In this document: positions 1 through 9,266 of the stretch, one piece after another
How positions within the stretch are numbered: position 1 is the stretch's first letter
Layout of the letters: every line of letters begins with the position of its first letter
Source: a virus
Lineage: Duplodnaviria > Caudoviricetes
Virus record (IMG/VR): IMGVR_UViG_3300029183_000014
Coordinates: 1-37,879 of that record
Length of the DNA stretch: 37,879 nt
Strand: one strand, 5' to 3'
Notes under the pieces: model-generated
Seen by the model: only the letters and a program-made list of their open reading frames with translations
What the model was told of the DNA's origin: nothing
Databases searched by the model: none
Position numbers and translations under genes: made by a program

Positions 1-17
1 GTTTCCCAGTCACGATC
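1..17 (+). other. Random-amplification (Round A/B, SISPA-type) primer tag GTTTCCCAGTCACGATC; library artefact
   Basis: Exact known primer sequence; its reverse complement closes the window. Confidence 0.95.
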
Positions 18-54
18 GGAGCAGTATTGAGTTGAAAGAGAGTAGCTAAGAAAA

Positions 55-471
55 ATGGCTAAAGAGAAGCTAACAGATAAACAGGAACTTTTACTTGAGT
101 ACTTTTTTGGAGATGCTGAATACGATTTTACGAAAGCTAAGCTCTTGGCTGGTTACTCTGAAAAAAGCCCTAATTGGAACTTACTTAGTTCTGATGCTTT
201 GTGTGATGCTATTATTAAAAGGGCGAGCAAAGAATTAGCTATGGGATCTGCTGAAGCAGTATTCCACTTGATTGATATAATGAGAAATCCGGCTCAACCT
301 GCGGCGGATAAAAGATTAAAAGCTGTAACAGAAATCTTAGACAGATCTGGTATAGCTAAGCAGGATAAAACAGAAGAAGCTAAAGCGTTGCCTAATGCTA
401 TATTTATCTTACCTGATAAAGTAAGCGTAGGTGGAGATAATAGTATAGTAATAGAACACCAAGGAGAGTAA
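55..471 (+). CDS. Putative terminase small subunit
   Basis: 138 aa; 'LTDKQELLL...AKLLAGYS' HTH-like N-terminus and 'RLKAVTEILDRSG' motif; upstream of TerL. Confidence 0.6.
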   Translation: MAKEKLTDKQELLLEYFFGDAEYDFTKAKLLAGYSEKSPNWNLLSSDALCDAIIKRASKELAMGSAEAVFHLIDIMRNPAQPAADKRLKAVTEILDRSGIAKQDKTEEAKALPNAIFILPDKVSVGGDNSIVIEHQGE

Positions 472-477
472 TCTAAA

Positions 478-1041
478 ATGAGTATAATTGGATTTAATCA
501 AATCCTTCGCAAATTAAAGGGTAGTACGCTTAATGTAGGTACGCTTCAGCTAAGCGGAACCTCTATTTCTGCTAGTGCTGCTGAGATTAACAGAGCATGT
601 GATGTGTCTGCTCGTGTAGTCACATTATCTGGTAGTACAAGTATAACGGAAGCTACTCATGATGGTAAACTGTTAAATTTAACAGGTACTGGATCAGCAT
701 TCACACAAACTTTACCTGCTGCTACTGGTAGTGGTGCAAGGTTTTTGTTTACAGTTGGTGCAGTAAATACTTCTAATCATATCATTGCTGTGGCTAATGC
801 CTCGGATACAATGAAAGGTAATATTGTAACTAACTCTACAGGGGATACTCCTGATTTAGCTCAACCTTGGCCTACTGCTGCTGATAGTGATACTATTACT
901 CTTAATGGTACTACTACTGGAGGACAAGCTGTTGGTGACTTTGTAGAGTGTATTGATATTGCTACAAACACATGGTTAGTTCGCGGTGTTACGACAACTT
1001 CTGGTACAGAGGCTACACCGTTTAGTGCTGCTGTAAGTTAA
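478..1041 (+). CDS. Hypothetical T/G/A/S-rich, probably virion structural (head-fibre/decoration-like) protein
   Basis: 187 aa, phage-like codon usage, beta-rich small-residue composition. Confidence 0.5.
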   Translation: MSIIGFNQILRKLKGSTLNVGTLQLSGTSISASAAEINRACDVSARVVTLSGSTSITEATHDGKLLNLTGTGSAFTQTLPAATGSGARFLFTVGAVNTSNHIIAVANASDTMKGNIVTNSTGDTPDLAQPWPTAADSDTITLNGTTTGGQAVGDFVECIDIATNTWLVRGVTTTSGTEATPFSAAVS

Positions 1042-1043
1042 TC

Positions 1044-1505
1044 ATGCGTGATATTTCTACTGGTAAGAATTTATTTCCTCCTGCTAGATACACAACGTTA
1101 ATGGCTGCTAGACGTTGCTTAAACAAGCAATTAGCTCTACCAGTTCCTTATGGCACTTTCATTACTCCTTGGGGCTATTATCTGTGTGAAGAAACACCGG
1201 GTAAGATGGAACCAATAGATGAATTATTCGGGTATTTATTTGAAGCAACAAAATACTTACGGACTTCTTCTTATCAGAATGTAGCGGATTGGTTAAGTGA
1301 AGTAAGCGGTAGATCTATATCAAAACAATCATTGTTTGATTTGTTACGACAAAGAACTCCATTTAAAGAATGCTTACTTTCCAGAGAAGAAAGAGAAAAA
1401 CTTGGATACACCTTCACGTCCGAAGATTTCAGCAAGCAAGCTGAGAAAGCTAAAGAAAGGCTCAAAGAACCCAAAGGATACTATAAGACAGGCCAGCCTT
1501 ACTAA
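1044..1505 (+). CDS. Hypothetical protein with possible recombinase-like/HTH DNA-binding motif
   Basis: 'PWGY...SYQNVADWLSEVSGRSIS' pattern; directly upstream of and overlapping TerL. Confidence 0.5.
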   Translation: MRDISTGKNLFPPARYTTLMAARRCLNKQLALPVPYGTFITPWGYYLCEETPGKMEPIDELFGYLFEATKYLRTSSYQNVADWLSEVSGRSISKQSLFDLLRQRTPFKECLLSREEREKLGYTFTSEDFSKQAEKAKERLKEPKGYYKTGQPY

Positions 1506-3069
1506 AGAAGAGCAACTTCGGGAAACATTAGAAACTAATAAAAAACGCAAACGTGGAAGACCTTCAAAAGCTGAAGTAGAAGCAAAACTACAAGAGCTAA
1601 AAGAAAAAGAAGAAAAGAAGGCTCCAAAGCTTGTTGAAGAATCAGACTTAAAAGCTGTTGCTGGTGAAGTTGAAGATGTACTGAAACAAAAAGAAGTCAT
1701 CTGGCAACCACAAGAAGGGCCACAGACTGAGTTTTTACAATCATCTGAAGATGAAGTACTATTTTCTGGTGCTCGTGGTGGCGGTAAATCTGATGCCCTT
1801 ATTGTAGATCCTTTACGGTATTGTGATCAGCGTAGGTTTAGGGCTTTGTTACTACGTAACACTATGCCTGAGCTTAGAGAGCTTATAGACCGTGCTAAGA
1901 TTTTGTACCCACAAGTGTACCCCGGAGTTAAGTGGAAAGAACAAGAAAAGCTTTTTGTATTCCCTTCTGGTGCGCGTGTAGAATTTGGCTACGCTTCCAA
2001 CAAAGATGATATTGAGCGGTATCGTGGACAAGAGTATACTTGGCTTGGTATTGATGAATTAACAAAATTTCCTGAAGAAGAAATGCTAGACCGTCTTATT
2101 GGTTCTATGCGTTCTTCAGACCCCAACCTTAAAGTTTTTAAAAGATATACTACTAACCCATTTGGTGTTGGTAAACTTTGGGTAAGAGATAGATTTGTAG
2201 ATAAAGGGCCAGCAAGTAGCACTATATTTGTAAAGCCTGAGTTTACAGATGAAATGCGAGATTTAGGGCTTAAAGAAGAAGATCTTGTCACTACCCGTAG
2301 ATGGATTGATAGTGATACTAAAGATAATAAAATACTACTTCAAAGCAACCCTACTTATTTGGCTGAGCTTGCTAATCTACCAGATATACTTAAACCAGCG
2401 TGGTTGTATGGGGATTGGTATGCTGATGTCGGGGTAGCATTTAACGATTTCAAACGAAAAACTCACGTCATTGAGCCTTTCGATATTCCTCACGATTGGT
2501 ATCGTTTTAGAGCTTGTGATTGGGGTTATTCTACAATGGCTGTATGCTTATGGTTTGCTGTAGATTATGATAAGAATGTTTATGTTTATCGTGAACTAAA
2601 GACTACTAAAGTTGTAGCTGAACAGTTTGCTAGAACAGTAAACGATATAGAACGTAATGAATGGGTTAAGTATGGTGTACTTGACTCTTCTACTTGGTCT
2701 AAGAGAGGTGAATCTGGATCAAGTATTGCTGAAACAATGATGAATGCGGGGTGCAATTGGTATCCTTCTGATAGATCTCCCGGCTCTCGTGTTGCAGGAA
2801 AAATACTACTTCACCAATACCTACAAGAACTGGACGGTCATCCTAAAATTAGGATTTTTAATAACTGCAAACAATTGATCCGTGAGTTAAGTACTCTAGA
2901 GGTTGATGAAAAGAATCCAGAAGATGTAGACACTGATATGGAAGATCACGCTTATGATGCTTTAAGATATGGTCTAACATCTCGCCCTCAAGCTAATCAA
3001 GCTTTCTTTGGTTGGCAAAAAATGAAACAACAAAAACCAATAGCAGTTGATCCTGTATTTGGTTATTAA
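1402..3069 (+). CDS. terL: Terminase large subunit (TTG start at 1402 preferred; 1336 alternative)
   Basis: Walker A GARGGGKS, Walker B LGIDE, nuclease motifs DWGY and DHAYDALRY; no ATG before Walker A. Confidence 0.95.
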   Translation: MDTPSRPKISASKLRKLKKGSKNPKDTIRQASLTKEEQLRETLETNKKRKRGRPSKAEVEAKLQELKEKEEKKAPKLVEESDLKAVAGEVEDVLKQKEVIWQPQEGPQTEFLQSSEDEVLFSGARGGGKSDALIVDPLRYCDQRRFRALLLRNTMPELRELIDRAKILYPQVYPGVKWKEQEKLFVFPSGARVEFGYASNKDDIERYRGQEYTWLGIDELTKFPEEEMLDRLIGSMRSSDPNLKVFKRYTTNPFGVGKLWVRDRFVDKGPASSTIFVKPEFTDEMRDLGLKEEDLVTTRRWIDSDTKDNKILLQSNPTYLAELANLPDILKPAWLYGDWYADVGVAFNDFKRKTHVIEPFDIPHDWYRFRACDWGYSTMAVCLWFAVDYDKNVYVYRELKTTKVVAEQFARTVNDIERNEWVKYGVLDSSTWSKRGESGSSIAETMMNAGCNWYPSDRSPGSRVAGKILLHQYLQELDGHPKIRIFNNCKQLIRELSTLEVDEKNPEDVDTDMEDHAYDALRYGLTSRPQANQAFFGWQKMKQQKPIAVDPVFGY

Positions 3070-3081
3070 GAGGTAAATGTA

Positions 3082-3318
3082 ATGAAAAAAGGCAAATATG
3101 CTAATGAATGCCATGCTACTTCTGTAGGTTATCCTACTGCTGATTCTCAGAAAGGACTTAACGTTACTCTTACTCCAAAAGGTAAGCCGGGACGTAATGA
3201 CTCTCTGATTGCTAATGCAGATGGTGGTAAAGTACAAGAGAAGCTGGCAGATAATACAGGTGAAGGTAAAGAAGCTCTTCCTGTAGACATGAATTACTCG
3301 TACAATTCTAACGCTTAA
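3082..3318 (+). CDS. Hypothetical protein
   Basis: 78 aa, GAGGT SD upstream, fills the TerL-portal gap. Confidence 0.7.
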   Translation: MKKGKYANECHATSVGYPTADSQKGLNVTLTPKGKPGRNDSLIANADGGKVQEKLADNTGEGKEALPVDMNYSYNSNA

Positions 3319-3338
3319 CTAATATAAGAGGCAAAATA

Positions 3339-5477
3339 ATGCCCATTATCCAAGAGCAGGTAGAAGAAGATTTACGTGAAACTGATGGTTATGTTAGTGA
3401 AGACTATGAACAAGCAGTTAAATCTCAGCTTGTAGGCTTTGTTAGATGGCGGTTTCAAAATGCTGCTGATGATAAAGAAAATACTGAGCGTAAGTGGGTA
3501 CAATCGTACTTAGCTTGGCGTGGTGAATATTCTGCTGAAGAACGTAATCGTATAGCGGAAGCTCAAATCCGTAATGAAGGTGCTTCTTCCGCATTCATTA
3601 AGATCACAAAGACTAAGGTTGAAGCTGCAAAAGGCTTAATTAGGGATATTGTTTTTGCTGGTAGTAAATTCCCTATTGAAGTTGCTGCAACTCCTAAACC
3701 TGAAGGTGTACCAGAAACGGTACATTTATCTACATCTGCTCTTCCTGAAGATGACTCTATTTACGGGTATGATGGTGATGGTTCTACGATTGAACCGGGA
3801 ACCAATACTCGAACTCTTCTTGAAACTTTCCATCAAAAAGTAAAAGGTTTGATTGGGAACAGAGAAGTAGTTGAAGGCGAATCTCCTGATCCTAATCTTA
3901 ATCCAGAATTTAATATAGCTGAAGAAGCTGCACGTAATATGGATAAGACTATTCATGATCAGTTATATGAATGTGAAGCTGAAGAAAAAGTTAGTAGATC
4001 TATTCATGAACAGGTAATGCTTGGTACTGGTTGTATTAAAGGCCCGTTTACTCGTGAGAAGGTTTTACATAACTGGACACGAGATGAATATGATCAAGTT
4101 CTTTATACTCCTTCTTTAAAAGAAATTCCTGATATTCAAGAAGTGAGCGTATGGAACTGTTATCCAGATCCTGAAGCTTCTACTGTTAAAGATTTGGATT
4201 TCTTCATTGAACGTCATCTATTGAATAAAGATAAGGTGTTTAAGTTAAAAGAACAACCTTTCTTTGATCATGCAGCTATTGATAGGCTTTTAGAAACTCC
4301 TGCTGTTTATGAAGAAGAAGAATGGGAAGATATTCTTCAAGACAATAAGCAAGAGAATGTAAGAACTCGTTATGAAGTTCTAGAATATTGGGGTTATCTT
4401 CCTACTGAAACTGCTGAACAGACTGGAATCATTAAGAAAGGTTCTTATGATGGTTTGTTTGTACAGGTAAACATTTGGACTGGTGGTGGTGAAGTCTTAA
4501 GGGCTATTCCTAATCCTTATATCCCACAACGTATTCCTTATATGTTATTCCCATATGAAGAACATCCTTACCAAATTTGGGGTGTTGGTGTTCCTGAGAA
4601 TATGGATGACACACAAAGGATTATGAATGGTCACTGGAGAATGTCTGTAGATAATCTACGGCTTGCTGGTAATGTTATCTTTGAGGTAAACCAGAATCAG
4701 CTTGTTCCCGGTCAAGATATGTCTGTATATCCCGGTAAAATCTTTTTAAAACAAAACGGAGCACCGGGTCAAAGCTTATATGGAATTAAAATTCCTGATG
4801 TATCGCAATCTCATATGCTTATGTTTAGACAGGCTCAACAGATTGCAGATGAAGAAACAGGTATTCCATCCTATGCACATGGACAAACAGGTGTATTAGG
4901 TACTGGTAGAACTGCTGCTGGTATGTCTATGCTTATGTCTGCTGCTGGACTTAATATTAAAACTGTAGTTAAGAATTTAGATAACTATCTGTTTAAGCCG
5001 CTTGGTGAAGGCTTTTTCCAGTGGAATATGCAGTTTAATCATGAAAATATGAACATTAGAGGTGATTTAAGTATCGTTGCTAAAGGTACTAAGTCTCTAA
5101 TGCAAAAAGAAGTTAAGACACAAAGATTAATGTCTCTGATTCAAGTAGCCAGTAATCCTATTATGGCTCCATTCTTGAATGCAAGAGAAGTGTTTAAAGA
5201 AGTGGCTATCTTATTAGAACTCGATCCTGAAAAGGTTGTTAATGATGTACAGGTAGCTAAGCTTTATGCAGAAATGTTAGGAGCGCAACAAAATGCACTT
5301 GGACAAGGAAGCGGCGGTCAGCCTAACCCATCTAGTGAACAACAAAACCCTCTACAAGACGGTACAGGAGGTGTTGGAGGAATTTCGCCAACAGATCCTA
5401 CTGGAGGCGGAGGAGGAAACATCGGAGTTGGAACCGCACCGCAAACTGGCGAAAGCGGCCATTCTGCGTCAGCTTAA
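3339..5477 (+). CDS. Portal protein (P22-like)
   Basis: 712 aa after TerL; 'ITKTKV', 'LGTGCIKGP', 'VWNCYPDP', 'YPGKIF', 'TAAGMSMLM' portal-type motifs. Confidence 0.9.
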   Translation: MPIIQEQVEEDLRETDGYVSEDYEQAVKSQLVGFVRWRFQNAADDKENTERKWVQSYLAWRGEYSAEERNRIAEAQIRNEGASSAFIKITKTKVEAAKGLIRDIVFAGSKFPIEVAATPKPEGVPETVHLSTSALPEDDSIYGYDGDGSTIEPGTNTRTLLETFHQKVKGLIGNREVVEGESPDPNLNPEFNIAEEAARNMDKTIHDQLYECEAEEKVSRSIHEQVMLGTGCIKGPFTREKVLHNWTRDEYDQVLYTPSLKEIPDIQEVSVWNCYPDPEASTVKDLDFFIERHLLNKDKVFKLKEQPFFDHAAIDRLLETPAVYEEEEWEDILQDNKQENVRTRYEVLEYWGYLPTETAEQTGIIKKGSYDGLFVQVNIWTGGGEVLRAIPNPYIPQRIPYMLFPYEEHPYQIWGVGVPENMDDTQRIMNGHWRMSVDNLRLAGNVIFEVNQNQLVPGQDMSVYPGKIFLKQNGAPGQSLYGIKIPDVSQSHMLMFRQAQQIADEETGIPSYAHGQTGVLGTGRTAAGMSMLMSAAGLNIKTVVKNLDNYLFKPLGEGFFQWNMQFNHENMNIRGDLSIVAKGTKSLMQKEVKTQRLMSLIQVASNPIMAPFLNAREVFKEVAILLELDPEKVVNDVQVAKLYAEMLGAQQNALGQGSGGQPNPSSEQQNPLQDGTGGVGGISPTDPTGGGGGNIGVGTAPQTGESGHSASA

Positions 5478-5541
5478 AGATCTAGATAAAATGGTGGAGA
5501 CAGCGTTACAAAATGCCAAACACAATACTCCAAAATCCTAA
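5293..5541 (+). CDS. Small helical protein overlapping the portal C-terminus
   Basis: AGGAG SD at 5279-5283, ATG 5293; amphipathic 82 aa resembling small post-portal phage proteins. Confidence 0.7.
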   Translation: MHLDKEAAVSLTHLVNNKTLYKTVQEVLEEFRQQILLEAEEETSELEPHRKLAKAAILRQLKDLDKMVETALQNAKHNTPKS

Positions 5542-6685
5542 TAACACTTACGTACCTCCTACACAAGGTATGAACCCTTTACTTCTTACTCAATTACAGC
5601 AAGGAGGAGGTGGACAACCACAGCAACAACAAAGTGGTGGCTTAAGTATTCCTAATCTTCCTTCTGGAAATATTTTAAATAAGCTTACTGGCTCTAATCC
5701 TCTAAATACTTTAGGAGGCAATCTTGGATTTGCTACAACTGTTCCTACCTATGGCCCCGGCATTAGTGCTGTTTCTGGTACTTTACCGTGGCAAACACCG
5801 GGAGCGGTCATTCCTTCTAGTGTTGCTCCTTCTATTCCTGCTGGCCTACAATCTACAGGAACTCTCGGAGGTAGTCTTACAAACGCAACCCTTAGTGGGA
5901 CGCTAGGTGCTGCTGGTTTAGGTGGACTAGCTGGTAATTTCTTAGGAAAGATTGGTGGAAGCTCTACTGGAGGTTCTATTGGAGGTGCTGCTGGAGCAGC
6001 TATCGGTAACATGATTCTTCCCGGTGTTGGAGGATTTATTGGTGGTGGTTTAGGTGGTGTACTTGGCGGATTCTTTGGAGGTGGAAAGCCTTCTAATCGT
6101 CTACAAGTAGGCGGCATTGAAATGGTAGCCAATGAAATTGATCATAATGGTGCTCAGAAATTCAGTATGACAGGTAAAAAGTTCAGTGCTGAAAATGCTC
6201 AAGTTCGAGATGCTTTTCAAGGATATGCAAACAACTTTACTAAGTTTTTAAGAGATAATGGCGCTACGTGGAGTGGTGGTAATGAAACATTAGTAATGAG
6301 GTTTGGTGATAGATCCGGCTTTGATTACTATTTTGAAGATAGAGATTCCGGTACTAAAGAACAAATTATTGCTGGACATGAATCTGGTTTCGGTAGAACT
6401 GAAATTCAAGGATTTGAAAGAAATTCAATGGCTATGGGACAAGCAATGGCCCAAGCTATTATAGAACGACATGACTTACCTGATAATTTAAAGGTAAAAT
6501 TAGAAAATCAAGACCTTACTTCCCTATTTTTTGGTACTCAAATAGGTAATTCCCAAGGAAGTACAGGTGGTGTTCTTGCAAGAGGATTTGGAGTTTCGCC
6601 TCCAATGATTGATAAGGCAAGAGCTAAAGACAGAACATTTGCTGGATTTTTAAAAGACTATGAAGCTAGTCAAGAACCAGCATAA
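5513..6685 (+). CDS. Glycine-zipper-rich putative internal virion/ejection protein
   Basis: GGAG SD; long GxxxG run 'GGSIGGAAGAAIGNMILPGVGGFIGGGLGGVLGGFFGG'. Confidence 0.55.
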   Translation: MPNTILQNPNNTYVPPTQGMNPLLLTQLQQGGGGQPQQQQSGGLSIPNLPSGNILNKLTGSNPLNTLGGNLGFATTVPTYGPGISAVSGTLPWQTPGAVIPSSVAPSIPAGLQSTGTLGGSLTNATLSGTLGAAGLGGLAGNFLGKIGGSSTGGSIGGAAGAAIGNMILPGVGGFIGGGLGGVLGGFFGGGKPSNRLQVGGIEMVANEIDHNGAQKFSMTGKKFSAENAQVRDAFQGYANNFTKFLRDNGATWSGGNETLVMRFGDRSGFDYYFEDRDSGTKEQIIAGHESGFGRTEIQGFERNSMAMGQAMAQAIIERHDLPDNLKVKLENQDLTSLFFGTQIGNSQGSTGGVLARGFGVSPPMIDKARAKDRTFAGFLKDYEASQEPA

Positions 6686-6691
6686 TACAGA

Positions 6692-6717
6692 ATTCACTTT
6701 GCATAGTGGATATTTTT
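6692..6717 (+). terminator. Weak intrinsic terminator-like hairpin
   Basis: ATTCACT-TTGCAT-AGTGGAT stem followed by ATTTTT just after a stop codon. Confidence 0.3.
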
Positions 6718-6738
6718 CAACTGTTTAATCATTTTTAC

Positions 6739-6803
6739 AAGGCTACCCTATTTAGGCTCCTTAAAAATGAATCTGAAGGCTACCTTGTAGAAATACAAGC
6801 TCC
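6739..6803 (+). promoter_or_regulatory. Tandem RNA hairpin motif GG-CUAC-[stem-loop]-CU-CC upstream of the scaffold RBS
   Basis: Copy 1 at 6739-6762 and copy 2 at 6778-6803 share the internal loop but have different, fully paired inner stems. Confidence 0.65.
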
Positions 6804-6817
6804 AAAGGAAAGCAAAA

Positions 6818-7768
6818 ATGACTGGACAAACTACTATTACGCATCCAAAAGATATTAATTCGGGGATGCTTGGTATTATCAAAAAAGATAAAACAGCTTT
6901 TGTAGATAGCGAAGGCAATACTGAAGTGGTTACTTCTAAAAAACAGGAAGTCTCTGAAGAACCTGAAGTTGGAAAACTAAAGGAATCAGCTACACAACCT
7001 GAGAACATTACTACAGAGCCTAAGAAAGAAGCGCAAGCTGAAAGCAAGGATAATCATAATTGGGAAAAACGCTACGGCGATATGAAATCCAAATATGATA
7101 TTGAACTCCCTGCAAAAGACAAAGAAATCGCGGAATTGCAAAAGCAACTACAAACTGCGAAGTATGATAACGTTAAGTTACCCTCTACTCCAGAAGAAGT
7201 AGAAGCTTTTAAAAAGCAAATGCCTGATTTCTACAATGTAATGCAAACAGAAATTATAAAGGGTCTGCGAGATCACGATAAGGAACTTGCAGAATCTAAT
7301 AAAGAGAATGAGAAGAAAGTAAATGAACTTACTCAATCTGTATCTCAATTAGCTGCTCTTTATCAATTACAGCAACATCATCCTGATATTCTTCAGATTA
7401 AAGACGATCAGAAGTTTTGGGATTGGGTTGATTCACAGAAATCATACGTAAAGAAGATGGTTGAAAGTGATGATATTGAAGAAGTTGCTGAAGCTGTAAC
7501 TCGTTACAAAAAAGATGTTGGAATTACTAAAAGTGCAAGTAAGAAGAAGGCTGAAGAAGCTAAAGAGGCTTCAAAGATGGTAGATGTTTCTGCTAGATCT
7601 GGCCCAACTGTTACTGAAGGTAAAATCATTAAAGAATCTGATACGGTGTCTATGTATCAAGCTTATAATAAAGGACGAATTTCCTTACAGGAAATGAATG
7701 CTTTTGAAGAAGAAGTGAAAAAGGCTCGTGCAGAAGGTCGTTTTGATTATAACATAACTTTTAGATAA
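6818..7768 (+). CDS. Capsid scaffolding protein
   Basis: Charged coiled-coil 316 aa with 'WEKRYGD', 'HPD..I..D..F..W' and C-terminal 'ARAEGRF'; immediately before the capsid gene. Confidence 0.8.
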   Translation: MTGQTTITHPKDINSGMLGIIKKDKTAFVDSEGNTEVVTSKKQEVSEEPEVGKLKESATQPENITTEPKKEAQAESKDNHNWEKRYGDMKSKYDIELPAKDKEIAELQKQLQTAKYDNVKLPSTPEEVEAFKKQMPDFYNVMQTEIIKGLRDHDKELAESNKENEKKVNELTQSVSQLAALYQLQQHHPDILQIKDDQKFWDWVDSQKSYVKKMVESDDIEEVAEAVTRYKKDVGITKSASKKKAEEAKEASKMVDVSARSGPTVTEGKIIKESDTVSMYQAYNKGRISLQEMNAFEEEVKKARAEGRFDYNITFR

Positions 7769-7809
7769 TACAACAAAAACAATAATTAATCTATTTTAGG
7801 AGACTAAAA

Positions 7810-8730
7810 ATGGCTTTTGAAAGCGCAACTGGACATGGAAATTTACCTAATGGTAATTTTTCTCCGGTAATTTACTCCCAAAAAGTACTGAAGTTCTTCA
7901 AAACAACTTCGATTGTGGATGAAATTACCAACACCGATTTCGAGGGTGAAATCTCGGATATGGGTGATACGGTTCGCATCATTAAGCAGCCTGAAGTTAC
8001 CGTTGCCGATTATCGGCGTGGTACTGAAGTAGAAGTCCAAGATCTTGACGATGATGATACTACTCTGGTCGTTGATCAGGCTAAATACTTTGCCTTCCAG
8101 CTTGATGATATTGAATCGCAGCATCAGCATGTTTCTTTTGAAGACATGGCTACTGACGCTGGTAACTATGCACTTAAAAATAACTATGATCAGAACGTTC
8201 TAAACAACGTTTTGGCTAATGCAACTGCTGGTACTAGTGCAGGTACTGATGCATCCCCCGTTACTGTAGGTTTCGGATCTGGTAATGACTTCACTCCGAT
8301 GGACATTATCAACCGCCTTGCTCGTGACATGGATGAAGCAGATGTTCCTGATGATGGTGGTCGTTGGATTGTGGCCTCGCCTCAGTTCTATGAACAGCTT
8401 GGTCGTGAAGACAGTAAGCTGATTCAGGTGGACGTAACTGGTGATCCTGAATCCATCGTTCGTAATCGTAAGTTAGGTGCAAGCCGCCCACTACACGGTT
8501 TTGTTTGCTATAAAACAAACAACTCGCCAATCTCCACTACGAACAGTCGCCAGACTATTCTTGCTGGACACATTAGCGGTGTAGCTACGGCTAAGAACAT
8601 CATTAAATCGGAAGCTATCCGTAACCCTAAATCTTTCGGCGATATTTATCGTGGACTGTTTGTTTGGGGACGTAAAGTTATCCGTCCTGATGCTATCTAT
8701 TCTGCACACGTAACTTATGGTGACGTTTAA
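7810..8730 (+). CDS. Major capsid protein
   Basis: AGGAG SD; 'PVIYSQKV', 'NTDFEGEI..GDTVRI', 'RGLFVWGRKVIRP' P22-coat-like motifs; more C-ending codons, as in highly expressed genes. Confidence 0.92.
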   Translation: MAFESATGHGNLPNGNFSPVIYSQKVLKFFKTTSIVDEITNTDFEGEISDMGDTVRIIKQPEVTVADYRRGTEVEVQDLDDDDTTLVVDQAKYFAFQLDDIESQHQHVSFEDMATDAGNYALKNNYDQNVLNNVLANATAGTSAGTDASPVTVGFGSGNDFTPMDIINRLARDMDEADVPDDGGRWIVASPQFYEQLGREDSKLIQVDVTGDPESIVRNRKLGASRPLHGFVCYKTNNSPISTTNSRQTILAGHISGVATAKNIIKSEAIRNPKSFGDIYRGLFVWGRKVIRPDAIYSAHVTYGDV

Positions 8731-8759
8731 TCCTAGTTAATATAGAAAGGACATAAATT

Positions 8760-9236
8760 ATGGCGAATATTACTACATTAGCTCAGGGTGGAAACGACAT
8801 TGCTGCTGGTGGTGCTGCTAAGCAAGGTCTTCGGTTTTTAAAGGCTGAATTTGACATTGCTGACTTCACCGCTGCTGGTGGTGTAACTACTGATACGGCT
8901 ACAATTTGGAATGTACCTGCTGACACTTATTTTGAGCTTATTCAAGCTGAAGTTGTTACTGCATTCTCTCTTGGTGCAGGTGCTCGTATTGATATTGGTG
9001 ATGAATCTGATGATGATGAATTTGTTACTAATGCTACCACGCTTACTGCTGGTACAAATCTAACACTTGCTAAAGAAACGTTTACTGGAGGTAAAGTAAT
9101 CAGTGCTGCCGACTCTCTACGGGTCAAAGTAACTGGAGGTACTATTGCTTCTGGTGTGCTACGTTTAGTAGCTGTTGTTGGTGATGCGCAACGTAAAGCG
9201 ATTGCGACTTCCCCAATTCCTGACGCTAGTTCTTAA
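8760..9236 (+). CDS. Putative capsid decoration/cement protein
   Basis: 158 aa beta-rich, directly after the capsid gene, AAGGA SD. Confidence 0.6.
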   Translation: MANITTLAQGGNDIAAGGAAKQGLRFLKAEFDIADFTAAGGVTTDTATIWNVPADTYFELIQAEVVTAFSLGAGARIDIGDESDDDEFVTNATTLTAGTNLTLAKETFTGGKVISAADSLRVKVTGGTIASGVLRLVAVVGDAQRKAIATSPIPDASS

Positions 9237-9250
9237 TCTTAATGCTTGTT

Positions 9251-9266
9251 GGGGGCTTCGGCTCCC
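9251..9266 (+). terminator. GC hairpin with cUUCGg tetraloop after the capsid genes (partial terminator or mRNA stabiliser)
   Basis: GGGGGC-TTCG-GCTCCC; U-tract poor. Confidence 0.55.

Noticed and set aside
5749-6132. Pro-rich antisense ORF (127 aa)
   Set aside because: Mirror of the Gly codons of the sense gene; no independent support
6748-7047. Antisense ORF over the scaffold start, and other short antisense or nested ORFs in the track (e.g. 1374-1700, 1989-2291, 12910-13233, 29723-30067, 32381-32707, 34316-34639)
   Set aside because: Shadow frames of well-supported genes with S/F/L-rich composition and no RBS
8700-8760. T7-style capsid frameshift or readthrough extension
   Set aside because: No convincing slippery site; the next gene has its own strong SD
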